Assembly (NCBI GenBank): GCA_026770705.1
Contig: JANJGN010000010.1
Location: 121,024,001-121,088,000, forward strand
DNA from: Isurus oxyrinchus
Lineage: Eukaryota
Length of the DNA: 64,000 bases
Direction of reading: 5' to 3'
Below, in pieces: positions 36,045-49,789 of this stretch. A program made the position numbers and the translations under genes. Under the pieces are notes generated by a model. That model searched no databases, was not told the origin of the DNA, and saw only the letters and a program-made list of their open reading frames with translations. How positions within the stretch are numbered: position 1 is the stretch's first letter; each line of letters begins with the position of its first letter.

Positions 36045-37369
36045 AAAGTCTTAACAATGCACTCAGAAAAGCATAGTATGATTAGAACAAGTCAGCATGG
36101 TTTTACTATAGAGAAATCCTGTTTACAAATTCATTCGAGTTTTTTGAGGATATAACAACTAGGGTAGATAAAGGGAACCAGTAGATGTAGTGTACCTGGA
36201 TTTCAAAAAGGCATTCGATAGGGTGCTGCACAAAAGGTTACTGTGCAAAATAAAACTCATGGAGTTAGTAGTAATATTTTCATGGATAGAGGATCGGTTA
36301 ACAAATAGAAAACAGAGTGTGGGCATAAATGGGGCTTTTTCAAGTTGGCAGTCGGTGAAGTGGAGTGGTGCAAGGATCAGTGCTGGGGTCTCAGCTATTT
36401 ACAATCTATACTAATGACTTAGATGAAGAGACAAGGAATAATGTATCAAAGTTTGCTGATGATACCAATCTAGGTGGGAAGGTAAGCTGTGGATAGGATA
36501 CAGTGAGGCTGCAAAGAGATATAGACAGGGTAAGTGAGTGGGCAATAAGATGGCAGATGGAGTATAATGTAGGGAAGTGTGAAGTTATTCACTTTGGTCC
36601 TAAGATGAGATAAGCAATTTCCTTTTTAAAAGATGTGAAACTTTTAAGTGTTGATATTCAGAGAGATTTGGGTGTGTTCGCACAAGGAATGCAGCAAGTT
36701 AGCATGCAGGTGCAACAAGCAATTAGGAAGGCAAATGGCATGCTAGCCTATGTTGGCCTTTATTTCAAGGGGATTGGAGTACAAGAATAAAGAAGTCTTG
36801 CGAGAGTTGTACAGAGTTTTGATGAGACTACATCTGGAGTACTGTGTGCAGCTTTGACCTCCACATTTAAGAAAGGATATACTCGTAATGGAGCAGGTAC
36901 AGCGAAGGGTCACTAAATTGGTCCCTTAGATGAGCGGATTGCCCTATGATGAGAGGCTAAGTAAATTGGACTTTTGGTCTCTGGAGTTTAGAAGAATCAG
37001 AGGCAATCTCATTGAAACCTACAAAATTCTGAAGGGGCTTGATAGGATAGATGCTGAAAGATTGTTTCTGCTGGCTGGGAGCACTGTCTCCAGATAGGAG
37101 GCCGATCATTGAAGACTGAGTTGAGGAGAAATTACTTCACTCAAAGGGTTGTGAATCTTTGGAACTGTTTATTCCAGTGGGTTGTGGATGCCACATCGTT
37201 GAATACATTTAAGGCTGTGATAGATTTTTGGTGTCTCAGGGAATTAAAGGAGATGAAGAGTAGATGGGAAAGTGGTGTTGAAGCCCAAGATCAGTCATGA
37301 TTGTATTGAAGGGTGGAGTAGGCTCAGAGGGCCATGTGGCATACTCCTTGCTCCTGTTCCTTGTGTCCT
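36045..37369 (+). mobile_element. CR1 LINE, 5'-truncated, RT domain to 3' tail
   Basis: SQHGF, YLDFKKAFDRVLHKRLL, QGSVLG, SKFADDT, LQRDIDR..EWA..WQM, FTQRVVNLWN; tail ctcctgttccttgtgtcct; stops and frameshifts present. Confidence 0.92.
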
Positions 37370-40249
37370 ATCCACTGTGTACCCACTTGCCTCCATTCCA
37401 AGCCCTGGCAGGGCCTCAAAATTCACACTCAGGCTTCAACTGAAAACAGATAAACAAATTTTCAGCATCAATTCTTCAACATTTAATGCTTTGGCCTCTG
37501 ACACTTGCCTTTTCCTTCAATCTCAGCAAGAATGTTGCACATCAATACTGTCAGTGTTTTCTTCAGAAATATGACTTTTCTGATCATTTGCATACATTCA
37601 TTTTTCTACCTACTCAGTCTTGCTCTAACTGGCAAGCAATTAGATCTCACTTCCATCATTTGTAACGCTGCTGCTGCCCAGGGAACAGAAGGAGGAAGAG
37701 CATGACCACAGGCTGAGGTTTGCATGATTGCCTTTTCCATCCATGCTGCAAAACCACATTTGAGAATCTGCAAAACTCATTGCACCTATATCAATAGATG
37801 TGTCATGTTAATATAAAAATGAACGGTCACTTATCATCTGTATAGTTAACTGGCTGTCAGAGATGGCAGCTCCTGAATTTGATCTGACAATCATAGCAGC
37901 ATGAAGCAAATTCTGTTTTTATGCTACTGAGTTTCTTGCACATTACATTTTTAGAATAGAATAAGGCCAATTTGAAGTTGATATTGGAGATAGACTTGGA
38001 CAATTTTTGTTGCGACAATCTAAGCAGCTCTTCCAAGACCTGATAGTTGTTGAGTGCCTTGCAAAAGTCAGCGCAGAGGTCTCTGGATGCCAGTAGCCAT
38101 TTTCCCATGTGATAAATTTAATACAAAAGTTAATATTTTGAATTTTATACAGTTAATATCCAGCCATCAGCCCCTATGGTTTCATTAACACGGGAGACAG
38201 ATTAGATACAAAGAGCCCCATTCTAACTCTGGAAGTAGGCGGGTTTTGAATGTGTTAACATCAGGCCGGAAGACTTTGGATTAAGATGTGTGCTTTGAGG
38301 AGGAGAAAGGTGTAGGTCCTGATTGTAGGCTGAAGTGAAAAGGTGACAAGAAGGATAGAATAGTTAGTTCCTATCTTCTTACACACTGGAGTTTTAATCC
38401 ATTACAAAACTGATCCAAGGTAATTAATCCAATATTTCCAAGAAGGATATCCATAATATATTAAGAAAAAATTTGCATAAAGCATTCACTTTTGTTACAC
38501 TTCTTGTAATGCCTTCACTATCACATTTTATTGAAAGCACCCTTATTGCTATAAAGCAACATATCTTCTGGCTCAGGAGATTTGTTAGTATATATTAGGC
38601 ATAAAATGATATAAATACCTTTTTATACATTACTAGATGCTTTCAATAACTTGGCGCTACATTTCATATATTATTGTAGATGGCCTGTTTTTTTTTCCTA
38701 CATTGCTGGTGAAGATATAATGGTGTTAAAAATAATGAAAGGTTAATCTGAATCAGAAGTCTAAGGTTTTAAGGCTTCAGGCATCATAAATTGATTTTTC
38801 CAAAGGACTTAATAGCTGCTTATAACACTGCTGAAACATGCACTTAGCAGGGTATTGATTTTGAGTTCATGAATTACATTGGGTGCTACAGATGGCTTGT
38901 AATTTTTTCTATTGCTCCTTACATTTAATAAGGAATGGATTCCAAGGATATAGTTATCCGTCTACCAGTGCTCAGACAGCATGGGACATTTTCACAATAG
39001 TTCCTGTTAAGTAGGTTTGTGATTTTTATGTTTTATTACATGTAACATATAATCCATTCAATTGTTTGATAGCTAACATCACAGTCTTGTATTACTATGT
39101 CTAAACATTGCTTCAAACCCACAGTGAAGGGTTTAATGGATGCTGTCTGCATGTCACATATCTATTTCTTTATTTTGAGACCTTAGTATTTTTTAATACA
39201 CACGTGGACTTTCTCGTGCTGCAAATGAATATCACTTGGAAAGTTTACGAGGCCAATTTACCCCTGACCTTCAAAGTAAATTGGCCTTCAGCTACACCAA
39301 CATGCATTACATCTGCCAAACCCTGTCCCCATACCACAGTTTCCTTTAATACATTTTATGTTCACAGTTGTGGAAATGTAATTGGACAGCATGATTGGGT
39401 TAGGTCATACTGCCCCCAGGCAGATGCCAATCAAAAATTAAATAACCGTAAAAATTCCTCTAACAGATCTGCCCAGGCTTCACCTGTCATCTTAACCCCT
39501 TTCAATGTAATACATTCTTACTCAGATCTAAATAAAATTCTTTCAGGTTAGGGTGAACCAAAAAGGGTAGGATACACAATTGAGGGTGAAGTTTCAGTTG
39601 CTTGGTTAAAAATATATATAATTCATGATAGGTGTGCAACATAGAAACATGGGTTGGTTAAGTCTGGGCTAATTGGTAGTTTTTCCAAAAGATACCAGTT
39701 CTGGTCATGCTTAAATATGATAGTATTTTATCTCAGACATTAAAAGGCATTTGAATTTTGGTCAAAACCTTGTCATTTTTCAGGACAGTAAGAGTAGTAA
39801 CATAGGGTATACATTATTCACAGAGGCTCAACATTGAGCTAAAAGAGTCATTCATATTTACCCCACGGCCTTTAATCCCTTTGCATCCGTAGACTACAAT
39901 TTGTCTCCAATCCCCATGTGTAATACTGAGGGGGAATCCCTCTAAGCAAACGCATCTCCCACTTCTAAATCTCATGGCCTTTGCATGTTATTGATATGCA
40001 TTGGGGAAATAATGACAGCACAGTGCTCTTAGATGTAGGTCTTCTCTAGGATTGCTGCTGACCTTATTCCCTGAGGATGAGAGGAACAGAAAATTTAAAT
40101 TGGTACATTGTTTCCCAGATTTGCAATCAGCTAAGACCACTGCTTTTATTTGTGTTATGATGTATGCTGATTCTGGCTGCACTGATATATTTTGGTATTG
40201 TCTTTTAAATTAATAAAGTTCTAGGATGATCCACTAGATTCTTCAAACT

Positions 40250-40572
40250 CTCCATGTCTTTGCTGTCAAATAGTTTTGCAGCCTTCTCCAGTATGACAAC
40301 TCTCCAGCCTTCCCGCGCTGTTCTCCTGCATGTCAAATCCATTGACCGGAGACCCCTTTCACTACCTGTCCCCATTACGCAGTCTGAAATTTACTTCCAT
40401 AACCTCTTTGGGTTTGCAAATTTTCTGTCCTTCCTCAGAAGCCTCTTCTGAATTTAACTCTATGCCTGTAACCATTCTTCTGCAATTTCTCCCTTAATTC
40501 CTGTTCATTGTGTACTGTAAGCTGCTTGGGATGTTTTATTATCTAAAAGGCACTATATAAAAATCAGTTGTT
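40250..40572 (+). mobile_element. L2 LINE 3' tail, degraded
   Basis: Ends ctgtaagctgcttgggatgttttattatctaaaaggcactatataaaaatcagttg, the L2/Deu-SINE tail. Confidence 0.6.
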
Positions 40573-42162
40573 TCTATTATGGTCTTTTTTAAACTACATG
40601 CATAAAATCTTGTGACTTATAGGGATGCCCTTGGGTTGATTAGCATAGTAGCTACCATATGGTTTTATATGCATACATATGTACACACCAAATGAAACAT
40701 CAAGATATTTTGATGCCCCTAATATGCATAAAGGGAATCTCATAACTTAGGATATTGGAGTGTGTTTCCTGTTTGCTTTGTTCTTTTAGACAATTCTTCA
40801 TGCTGCGCCCCATTGCTACATTTTGCACAATGTTAAAAAGCAGATTAACCAGAATTATCTGCCTAGGAATCCTTCCATGTGCTGTTAGTCCTGTCAGTCA
40901 TTTAATAGTAAAGAAATCCACAGGCAATGTCATTCTGCTGACTGTGGCCACTGCTTCAAAGATCATGCCTCACAAAAAAATGAGGAAACCATAATAGATT
41001 ACTGTCACTAACGACTCAGTTTTCTCCATAACAGTGATTCCATAGAGATTTAATGGCAACAGACTACTGCAGAAATAACTCACCCATTCCACCCCCTATA
41101 GATTTTCATTTCAGATCTTTGATGAAAAGATTCCCACAATTTCTTTCCAGCAGATACCCAGCCATCTTCCCTGACGAGAGTGATGCCTGTAAATCAGGCC
41201 TTAGCAGATTTGACACAGCAGTCTATCTAATTTCATGTTGCCCCTGTCACTGTGTCATTTCATGATAAGCAACAGTCCATCACAGGAAATCCATTTCCAG
41301 GAACCGTATTTATCGAGGAACTTAAATCAAGCTTTTTTTTTTAAAGCTTTGTCAAACCACTTTGTAGGAAGTTTTTAATTTTCAAAAATTTTCCAATTTC
41401 AAGAATGTTTTTGTACCAAAAGGGAGAGAGTTGACTGTGTTGAAGATAAAATACTTGCATGTTAGCAAACCACTTTTAATCTAACCAGCCCAACCTTACA
41501 AGACCGTTCCTTTATATGGTCAATGTGCTTAATTCCATTTCATTTCTAACATAATCAGAAATTAGAGTCATACCCACAGGGCACATTTGAAAGTGCCATT
41601 GGTCCCTTTTGGTTTCTCCTTTATATGGATTTTACTGTCCCCTCCTGTGCTACCCAGTGGGAGACTGAACAGTCTTACTCACCCTTACAAATACTGTGAA
41701 TGCCAACCTCCCCTTTGACCACTGAAGGACAGCTTCCAGGTCTCCTCTTCAAGTGCTTGGGTTATGTTCAGCCCCATAACTGATGTTTTGAATGATATTA
41801 CCAAGCTGTCACACAAGGGAAGGCTGAAATTTCTCTTTTGTTGAAAAATGGGAGAATCTTGTTTCTCACCCCAATTGAGATTTACCAGCAAAACTTTACT
41901 GTTAGGTATTGAATGTTTCCAAGCCGTATTTAATGATTTTAGGTAGCATATTCTAACTTACAGTGAAGAAACAAGCATATTCCCATTGTTCATTAAAAGA
42001 GGAATGCCTCACTTCACTGTAAAATTCCAAATCCCTCATCTCCACACTGGCACATTTTTATCACTCTCACATTTTGATTCTGTGCACCTTCAGATGCATA
42101 AGGTGTACCATAAGCTACACTTATGTGTGGTACCTTTTCATCTCCTTTCATGTACACAACAG

Positions 42163-42598
42163 AAAGACTTGAATTTATATACTGCCTTTCATGACCTCAG
42201 GATAATTAAGTACTTTATTGAAGTGTAGTTACTGTTATAATGTAGGAAACATGGCACAATTTGAGCACAGTAAGGTTTCACAAACAGTAATGTCATAATG
42301 ACCACAGAATTTGTTTTGAGGTGTTGGCTGAGGGATAATCTTTGGCCAGAGCACCAAGGCGACCTCCCCTGCTCTTTTCAAAATAGGACCAAAGGATCTT
42401 TTCCTTCCACGTGATAGGGCTTATGAAACTTAGGTTTAATGTCACATTGAAAGACGGAAGCCCCCAACCGTGCAGCACCCTCTTGGTACTGCACTGGAGT
42501 GTCTGTCTAGATTTTGTGTACAAGTTTCTTGAATGGGACTTGAATCCACAATCTTCTGACTTCAATATGAGTGCTACCAATTGAACCACAGCTGACAC
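42163..42598 (-). mobile_element. Deu-domain SINE (SacSINE1-like), near full length
   Basis: Reverse complement: gtgtcagctgtggttcaattggtagcactc...gtcagaagattgtggattcaagtccc...cagtgcagtacc...gacattaaacc...aaaagatcc...gaaaagagcagggg, then tail. Confidence 0.8.
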
Positions 42599-45500
42599 CA
42601 TGGAAAAATTGAATTTGTATCCCCTACGAAAGAAGGAAGAAGATTGAAATAATGAATTAAAAGGATTAATAAATAACTGGACAAATGGCTTTTGTTGATT
42701 TTTTTTCCCTGAAAAGTTTTGTTCCCAAAAGATGGATTATTTTTCTTTTGACTTACACCTGGATAACATCTTGTTAAAACAAAACTTATTAAGTTTTAAG
42801 AAAACTTTAAAATAACTGAGGAAAGGTCATTGGTAGCTGCCCCCCTAACCCCCCAATTATGGCTTATTTCAAATGGCGAAAGAAGGCTCCTATCTCTTCA
42901 TTGGAGCTGATCTGCAGCTGAGAGCTTTAGTCATTTGACAAGTCAGTGAAGCGTGCTGAATTTAGCAGATGGACCTATCAAAAGCAATTATAATTTTGGC
43001 ACAATCAGTGGCAGACTAGTGCCAGATTTTGCCAGTTTATTCCATTATGGTATATGTTATTAAGCACTGGCCAATATAGGTTCAGTAACATTGCCATGAA
43101 AGGCTTTTGAATAATTGGAGAATTGTATCGAGCTTAGGAATTCTAGATCAGGACCTCAATTCTAATTAGCATGAAGCTGTTTGAAATTGGTTTAGCCTAT
43201 TAATTCTTAATAAGATGTGCCACCTTAAGCAGTGGACACTGGTTTGAGTTAGCTCTGAGAACGAAGCATTCCCATGAGTAGCTGTGACCCCTGTCCTACT
43301 GGTACAGTTACTATTGGCCCATGTAGCACCAACCTGGGACATATAATTATTTCCATTGTGATCTACCTCCAGTTTTATTCATTCTTATGAATTTCAACAT
43401 AGGTACTGCAAACTTGTTCCCTTATGCACATTATGATTTCTCTCCCTCAAACTATGGATTATCCCAAATAACACTGAAACTACTTGTTAGAAGTATAACT
43501 TTAGTTAAGGAACTTTGTCAGGACCTCAGCAACCATACCGGAGGACTTTTGCTTATGAGTCTGTAGAAACGCCTGCTCGGCTTAAATTTCATTGCACTGC
43601 AGATGCTGATGAAGCTTCCGATAGGAAGAAATAATCTGTCACAGACTATTTTAAGGTTGAGAGGATGAGCTTGTCTGTGTTCAAACCATTCAAACCTCCT
43701 ATAAATGTTTTCGAGAAAATACAAGAGATGTAAAGGTTTTGGAAATTTATATTTCTTGGATTTTCTACTGAAAACTGCAAATAATCTATATGAGAGACGA
43801 AAATAAAAATACACCACATAGGATAATGCCCCACTGCGCATCTGTTCAGTTTCCTTGGATACCAGACTGATAACCTCTCTCCTTTCTGTCGCTTGGGTTA
43901 AAAAAAGACATTTAAATGAGTTTCTTTCGAATGCATGCTGGTGCTAATCGTTCCACTGAGTAGAATGCAGTAGCTTCAATGCCAAGGACGGCAGCAGTAG
44001 CAATGTTTACAGTTGCTCTAATATATAGAGAATGTAGTGGGTAAGTTACTCCACCCAGAAACAGTATGACCTGGCCTGGCTGCACTGATTCAAATGATAA
44101 TATGCTGCCAAAAGAGAAAATTGAAAATAGTATTTATTTGATGGATAGCTGATAGATTGTCTAGAAAGAGCCCAAGGATTCCCAATGCAGCTCAGTCTGG
44201 TCACATGTCAAGACTCCATAATTCTGTGTGGGTAATTATATTGTCAGTCCCCATGTAGATTCCTGTGCCCAGAAGGTCCTAATGTTGATCAAATAATTTT
44301 TCTTGGTTTTTCTTTAAACTTATTTAGAACTAAATTAGTAAGAATAATAAATACACCACAATAAATTATTTACTTTTTGTTCTATTTTGTGTTTATTTTG
44401 CAGACATGACTAAAATTGTAGTAAAATACAAGATTTATTTGTAAAATGCAAAGTCTCAATTTTCAAAAGCATTGTTGGGATATATTTTTTGGGTGTGACG
44501 TTGAAGGTGCAAGTACTTGACTGTCTCAATTCACCTGCTTGTAAAATCCATTAGAACCGCAAATAGTTCAGGATAAAGAACCTCCTCCTCAAACTAGAAT
44601 TTGAGTGAGATATTTTTACATAGAGGTGGCAACAAGCTATACAGTTTTTTAGTCATTCTGTTTTTACTGGAAAGCTTTTTCCAGTTATAAGACTCTGATT
44701 TCTGAGTTACAGCCCAGCTAATAATCAGATGATTGCCCGGCTGGCTTCCATCAGGAGAGATTCCTAACAAAGTATAAACATCCTTGGTTCATAATGCACT
44801 CTTAGTAACACTCAGTCAGGAAGACAATAGTGCTTATTTTTAATTACAGTATCTCCTTACTAAGTCTGAAAATATTCTTTCAGTTCCTGTTTTTTCTTTT
44901 ACAGGCTTTGTAATACAGAAAAATATGTAATGATGCAGGTAGAAATTCATTCCATTTGTGTAGACAATTATATCCAGCTCTGCAATGAATCATGGCCTCC
45001 CCTCATGGAGATCATAAATGGTCAAAAGAAAGATATATTTTAGCAGAGCATGTCAAGTGGGCCCAGACTCGCAACTCAAATCTAAAGGTGGAGGAGGAAG
45101 ACAAAAATATCTTGATCCAGCACAATGGCTCACCACTCATGGTCCAGGTTTGCCCTCACTGCTTGATAATGTACAATGTTGATCATACTATTAACGTTTG
45201 CTTTTCTGTAACCAGTAGGTTAACATCTTTGTTAAAATAATAGGAATGTCATATGAACACAGTGCATGTCCATCTACCAATATTGCACACAGTAAATTCT
45301 AGTCTCACATATTAGTCCTAGTGTACAGTACTGTAGGGGTTCACACTGACGGAAAAAAATAGTTTAATTTATTGGCCATTATGTTCACTTGTATTAACCA
45401 CCACCCACATTAAAATATCTACCGATACACATTTTATTCATTGTTTCTGATACACATTTTCTTTTTTGTTTTCAGTTTTTTGCTACTTGTATGCCCTCTA

Positions 45501-46117
45501 CTTTCCTCCCTGACCAGAAGTTCTAACCATCAGGTTTACAAACTTCTTAAGAGCTGTTATATGAGCTGGCAGGAACAATTATTTTGACTGTTCTCGCAGT
45601 GGGAAGGAAACGTGGTCAGGATGTAAGATGGGCACCTTAAAGTCTGGAAAGCACAACCTATGACATAGGTTGTCATGGTGATGTGGGATTGAACTGCTCT
45701 AGATGTGATTCCATTGTGTTTTATTGATCGTGTTTGTTCATCATTTGTTTGCATTATACATTGTTTTAGTGGTGAAATTGCACAGTTTGTTGATAACTCA
45801 GAACCTGCCAATTAATAAAGGAAATTGCTCTTAAGATGTCTTGGTATCATACTGTGAGGGATCTATGGTGAAGGAAAGTTAGTTGTAAGTCATTAAAACA
45901 TTCATAGTTTGTGAATCTGAAGACTAAATTCAACAAAGTATCTGGATGAAAGGAAAAGAGCAACTGGTGTACTTTATGAACAGACTTGCAAGCAGCCAGA
46001 TGCCCCCCTCTATCCCCTGATTCCCACCCAGAAGTTATCTGGATCTAGCCTGTGGAAAGGAATCAGACTTCAAGCCTGGCCACATGAGAAGACCAATAAT
46101 AATACCTCTTGTTTTCC

Positions 46118-46565
46118 TGTCAGCCATGGCTCAGTTGATAGCATTCTTGAGTCAGAAGGTTATGGGTTCACATTCACTCTGGGGCTTGAGCACAAGCATC
46201 AAGGCTGACACTCTAATGCAGTATTGAGGGATTGTTGCACTGATGGAGGTGCCGTTTTTTTGATGAGGCATCAAACTGAGGCTCCATTTGGCTTCTCAGG
46301 TGGGCATAAAAGATCCCATGGTTCTATTTGGAAGAAGAGCAGGGAAGTTATCCCTACCATCCTGGACAATATTTATCTCTCAATCAACATCATAAAAACA
46401 GATTATCTGGTCATTATCACACTGCTATCTGTGGGAGCTCGCAAATTTGCTGCCACATTTCCTTCATTACAACAATGGCTACGCTTCAAAAGTATTTTGT
46501 CAGCTGTAAAATGCTTTAGGACACCCCGCGGTCATGAAGGATCCATATCGATGCAAGTCTGTTTC
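46118..46565 (+). mobile_element. Deu-domain SINE (SacSINE1-like), near full length
   Basis: tRNA head tgtcagccatggctcagttgatagc...gggttcacattc; Deu core ggaggtgccgt...gatgaggcatcaaactgagg...aaaagatcccatgg...gaagaagagcaggg; L2-like tail. Confidence 0.8.
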
Positions 46566-47404
46566 TGTTCACCGCAGCTACCAGTGTATGTACGAATGTA
46601 TGTTTTAGTGCAATTGTTTTAGTCGGATGTATTGTTGGGGATGCTGAAATGTTCACTGAGGGGCCAGGAGGCATATCTTTGGACACACAGATACTTAAAC
46701 TCAATACTAGTTCCCAACAGTCAAATAAAAATGAATTGCCATGAGGTTAATGAATAAGGTTTTGAAGCAGCAACTTCTGCCACTCGTAGAGGGCCATGTA
46801 TTGCTGACCTGCGTTATTGACTGACAAGGGACCATTTTAGGTCCAAGTAAATATACGCAGTGAGATCGAAGCAATCAATTTGGTTTTCATTTCTGGAAGT
46901 GTAAAGGATTCTTTGAAAAAAAATCCAAGAAAGAAACCTCAGAATGTGCATACAGTATGTCCCCTGTTCCAGACTTTCACTTGTTATACCTAGGAGCTAT
47001 GTTAAGGCTTGTTGTAGTGGACTTGCATTAAGATTTACATCCGCTTTGGGTACAGAACATCTCTCAGTTGCTCATGAAGAGTGAAAGACTATGCATCTGT
47101 ATTGTCGTTTGTAGGAGATTGGCTAATATTACATTACAAAATCCAGAATTTTTTCAAAGTCATTCCAATAACTAATGGCAATTAAAATATGCATCAAAAA
47201 TTGAATTATGTAAGTTTACACTTTCATTCATGTGAAGTTTGAGTATCTTGGAATTCCTCTTGTATTCTGATGTTAACAGCGGAAAGACATCTTCTGCTAA
47301 CCTCAGTATATCAAAGCTGTTCAAGTATTCAAAGGAAAGCTCTGCTCAGTGTGTAGAATCAGCTGTATAAACAAGATAACAAAATGTTTCTGCAAGTTAT
47401 GAAT

Positions 47405-48290
47405 GAGGCCTCCCTGGTCAAACTCACAAATGACTTACTGTGCAGTTGTGACCGTAGCTGCTTGTTGCTCTTAATCTTTTATATCTCCTCTGTTTCCTTT
47501 GACACTGCTGACTACTTCATTCTCCTCCACCATCTGCCCTCCTTAGTACATCTCTATAGCCACCATTCTCTCAACTCTATCACAATGTAGTCACTCTGCT
47601 TCCTCTAATGGCTTTATCTCCTGTGCTCACACGATCATAGCTAGTGTACCCTAGGGCTTCATCTGTGCTGTCTCCTTTTCACCATATACATGCTACTTCT
47701 CAATGAGCTCATTTTCCTCCTGAGTGTCTGATGACAGTCATCATCGGCTTTCATTACGTCAAGGATCAACCTCTCCGATGCCGTTTTGTTTTAGTTTTCT
47801 GCGTTCAGAAATTCAAGGTCTATAACCTTTTTCCACACAAAATCTTATACATTCACTGCCATTATTCTTGCCAAGTTCACTGTGTCTCAGCATATAAACT
47901 TTAAGATCCTTTCACTGTCTTGCTTTAGCCATTTTGAACAATCATCACAATCCTTACAACTCTGTAGGCATCCCCCCTACTCCAGCGCTGAATTATTGCT
48001 AGTTCCCCCATTCCCTCTACTGTATTGTCAGGGACTGCCCCTTCAGCTGCTGAAATTTTCTCCCAAATACTCTTTGATAAGTTTGCCTTCCTCTGTGCCT
48101 TCAAAGGTATGCCGAAAACATTCTTCTTCAACAGAGCCTTCACCCCTCCCCAAATAATTTTTTCCTAAGTTTCCTGATGCTCCGTACCCAACTTTTTATG
48201 TGCTTTTGGGTGGCTTTTTTCAACTGTAAGTCATTGAGATCCTACATCCACATCCCTTTACTTTGCTGTTTAAACAGTATTAAATGCTAT
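47405..48290 (+). mobile_element. Degraded L2 LINE (RT to 3' end)
   Basis: ORF remnant LVKLTNDLLCSCD....LLIFYISSVSFDTADYFILLHHL corresponds to L2 KVTNDIL...LDLSAAFDTVDH.ILL.RL; then gtgtaccctagggcttc (GVPQG). Confidence 0.75.
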
Positions 48291-49789
48291 TATTATTTTT
48301 GTATGTGAGTGTAGAATATTTCCAAAGGGCATGTCCCACTTGTGATTTGGTTTATCTTCATCGATGAGACAAAATACCCAGATGTGACTTTCTCCTGATT
48401 GCTTAATGCCCTAGTGTGCACTATAAACTCAATTATCTTGAGTTACTGCTATTGCTTCCAGACCAAGTATTCATCACAGCAAGATTGTTAGCTGGATAAT
48501 GAAACCAGGATAAGAGAATTTGCTTAGTGCCAAGGGCTGGTGGTAATAAGAAGATTGCATATCAATATTTTTAGAGTTTTATATTACCATTAATAAGGAA
48601 AAAAAGTGAATTTTATATGAAGATAAGTTCCAAGGGGTTTTCAAAATCATTTTATTTTCAGATTTGATTAAAGACTTGACCCAAGTAGGAAGTTCTGGAC
48701 TAACAGTAATATTTCTGACCTGGTATAGACGTCAGTAAGTGTGAGTTGTCTAGTTCTGCTGAGGAATAGCTTGCTATTTTATGCAGAAAGTAAATATGAG
48801 CTTCCCAAGTGTATGTGTTCAGACAGTTTTGGGACAATTTTTAAATGTATTGTTAATTGAAAGGCCTTAAACTAGAGAGAGTTGCTCTACAGAGTCATAT
48901 GTTGATCACAGTATTTTCTTTTTTCTTCAGTAAATTCTGCAGCATGTTATGTTCATCATGGTGGGAGTAGATGCAGGGAACTGAATATTTCCCACAGTCT
49001 ATACCAAATACTTCCAGTTCATGTGTTGCAATAGTCAGACGTGGAATAAAGCTCCCCCCTGCTCTCTCCCAGCTATCCGCTATAATTATTTTCTTCAGAT
49101 GAATTCCCTCTGTTGTACCACCCCCATAATTTCCACTTCCCATGCTGATTTGCTGAGTAAGAATAAAATTAATAGTGCATAATAGACAAATGGGTGCTAC
49201 AGTTACAGAACCACAGAGAACTTGTTTGTGAATGTCTAAATTCATTTCACATAGAACCCTTCTAACCAACATAGAGACTGTGTTTCATCCTTATTCGTTT
49301 GTGCCAACATCAAACCTGTAGCCCAGATGTGTGAAATCACTGAGCACACCAAACTTCCAGAACCATCTTTGATGTGCTGATGCCTTATGAAAGAAGCTTA
49401 TCAGGTGTACAGATTTCCTATAATCATACAGCCCATATCCTTGGGGGTGTTCTCTGACCTTTTAGTAAGGCATTTAAGTATGAAGTTTAAAATCCCTTTG
49501 GATATTGAGCATAACTTCTTGTGAAAGACCATTGAATCTTTACATAGTGCAGATTTTATCTCAGAATTGTTGAGATCGTAGTCTTGAAAGGAATGAAATT
49601 TAATGTTTGAATTAAATCACTCCGTTAGTGTACCAATTAGTAAAGAATGACACTCTAAATCAATTTTATCATCCAGTTAAAGGAGACCAATGTAATGTTA
49701 TTTCCCATCGCATTTGTTCCAGTTTCGAAGGCAAGAATTTTTGCTAAACAGTCATTTAGGATGTATTACTATCAGATACAATTGGTGCA

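Larger units (their letters stand above)
31682..37430. mobile_element. Degraded PIF/Harbinger DNA transposon (right boundary uncertain; CR1 nested at 36045-37369)
   Basis: Left TIR GGGTGGAATTCTCCC at 31682; HARBI1-type transposase remnant at 34063-35220; possible right TIR aaaattcacactc at ~37418-37430. Confidence 0.55.
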
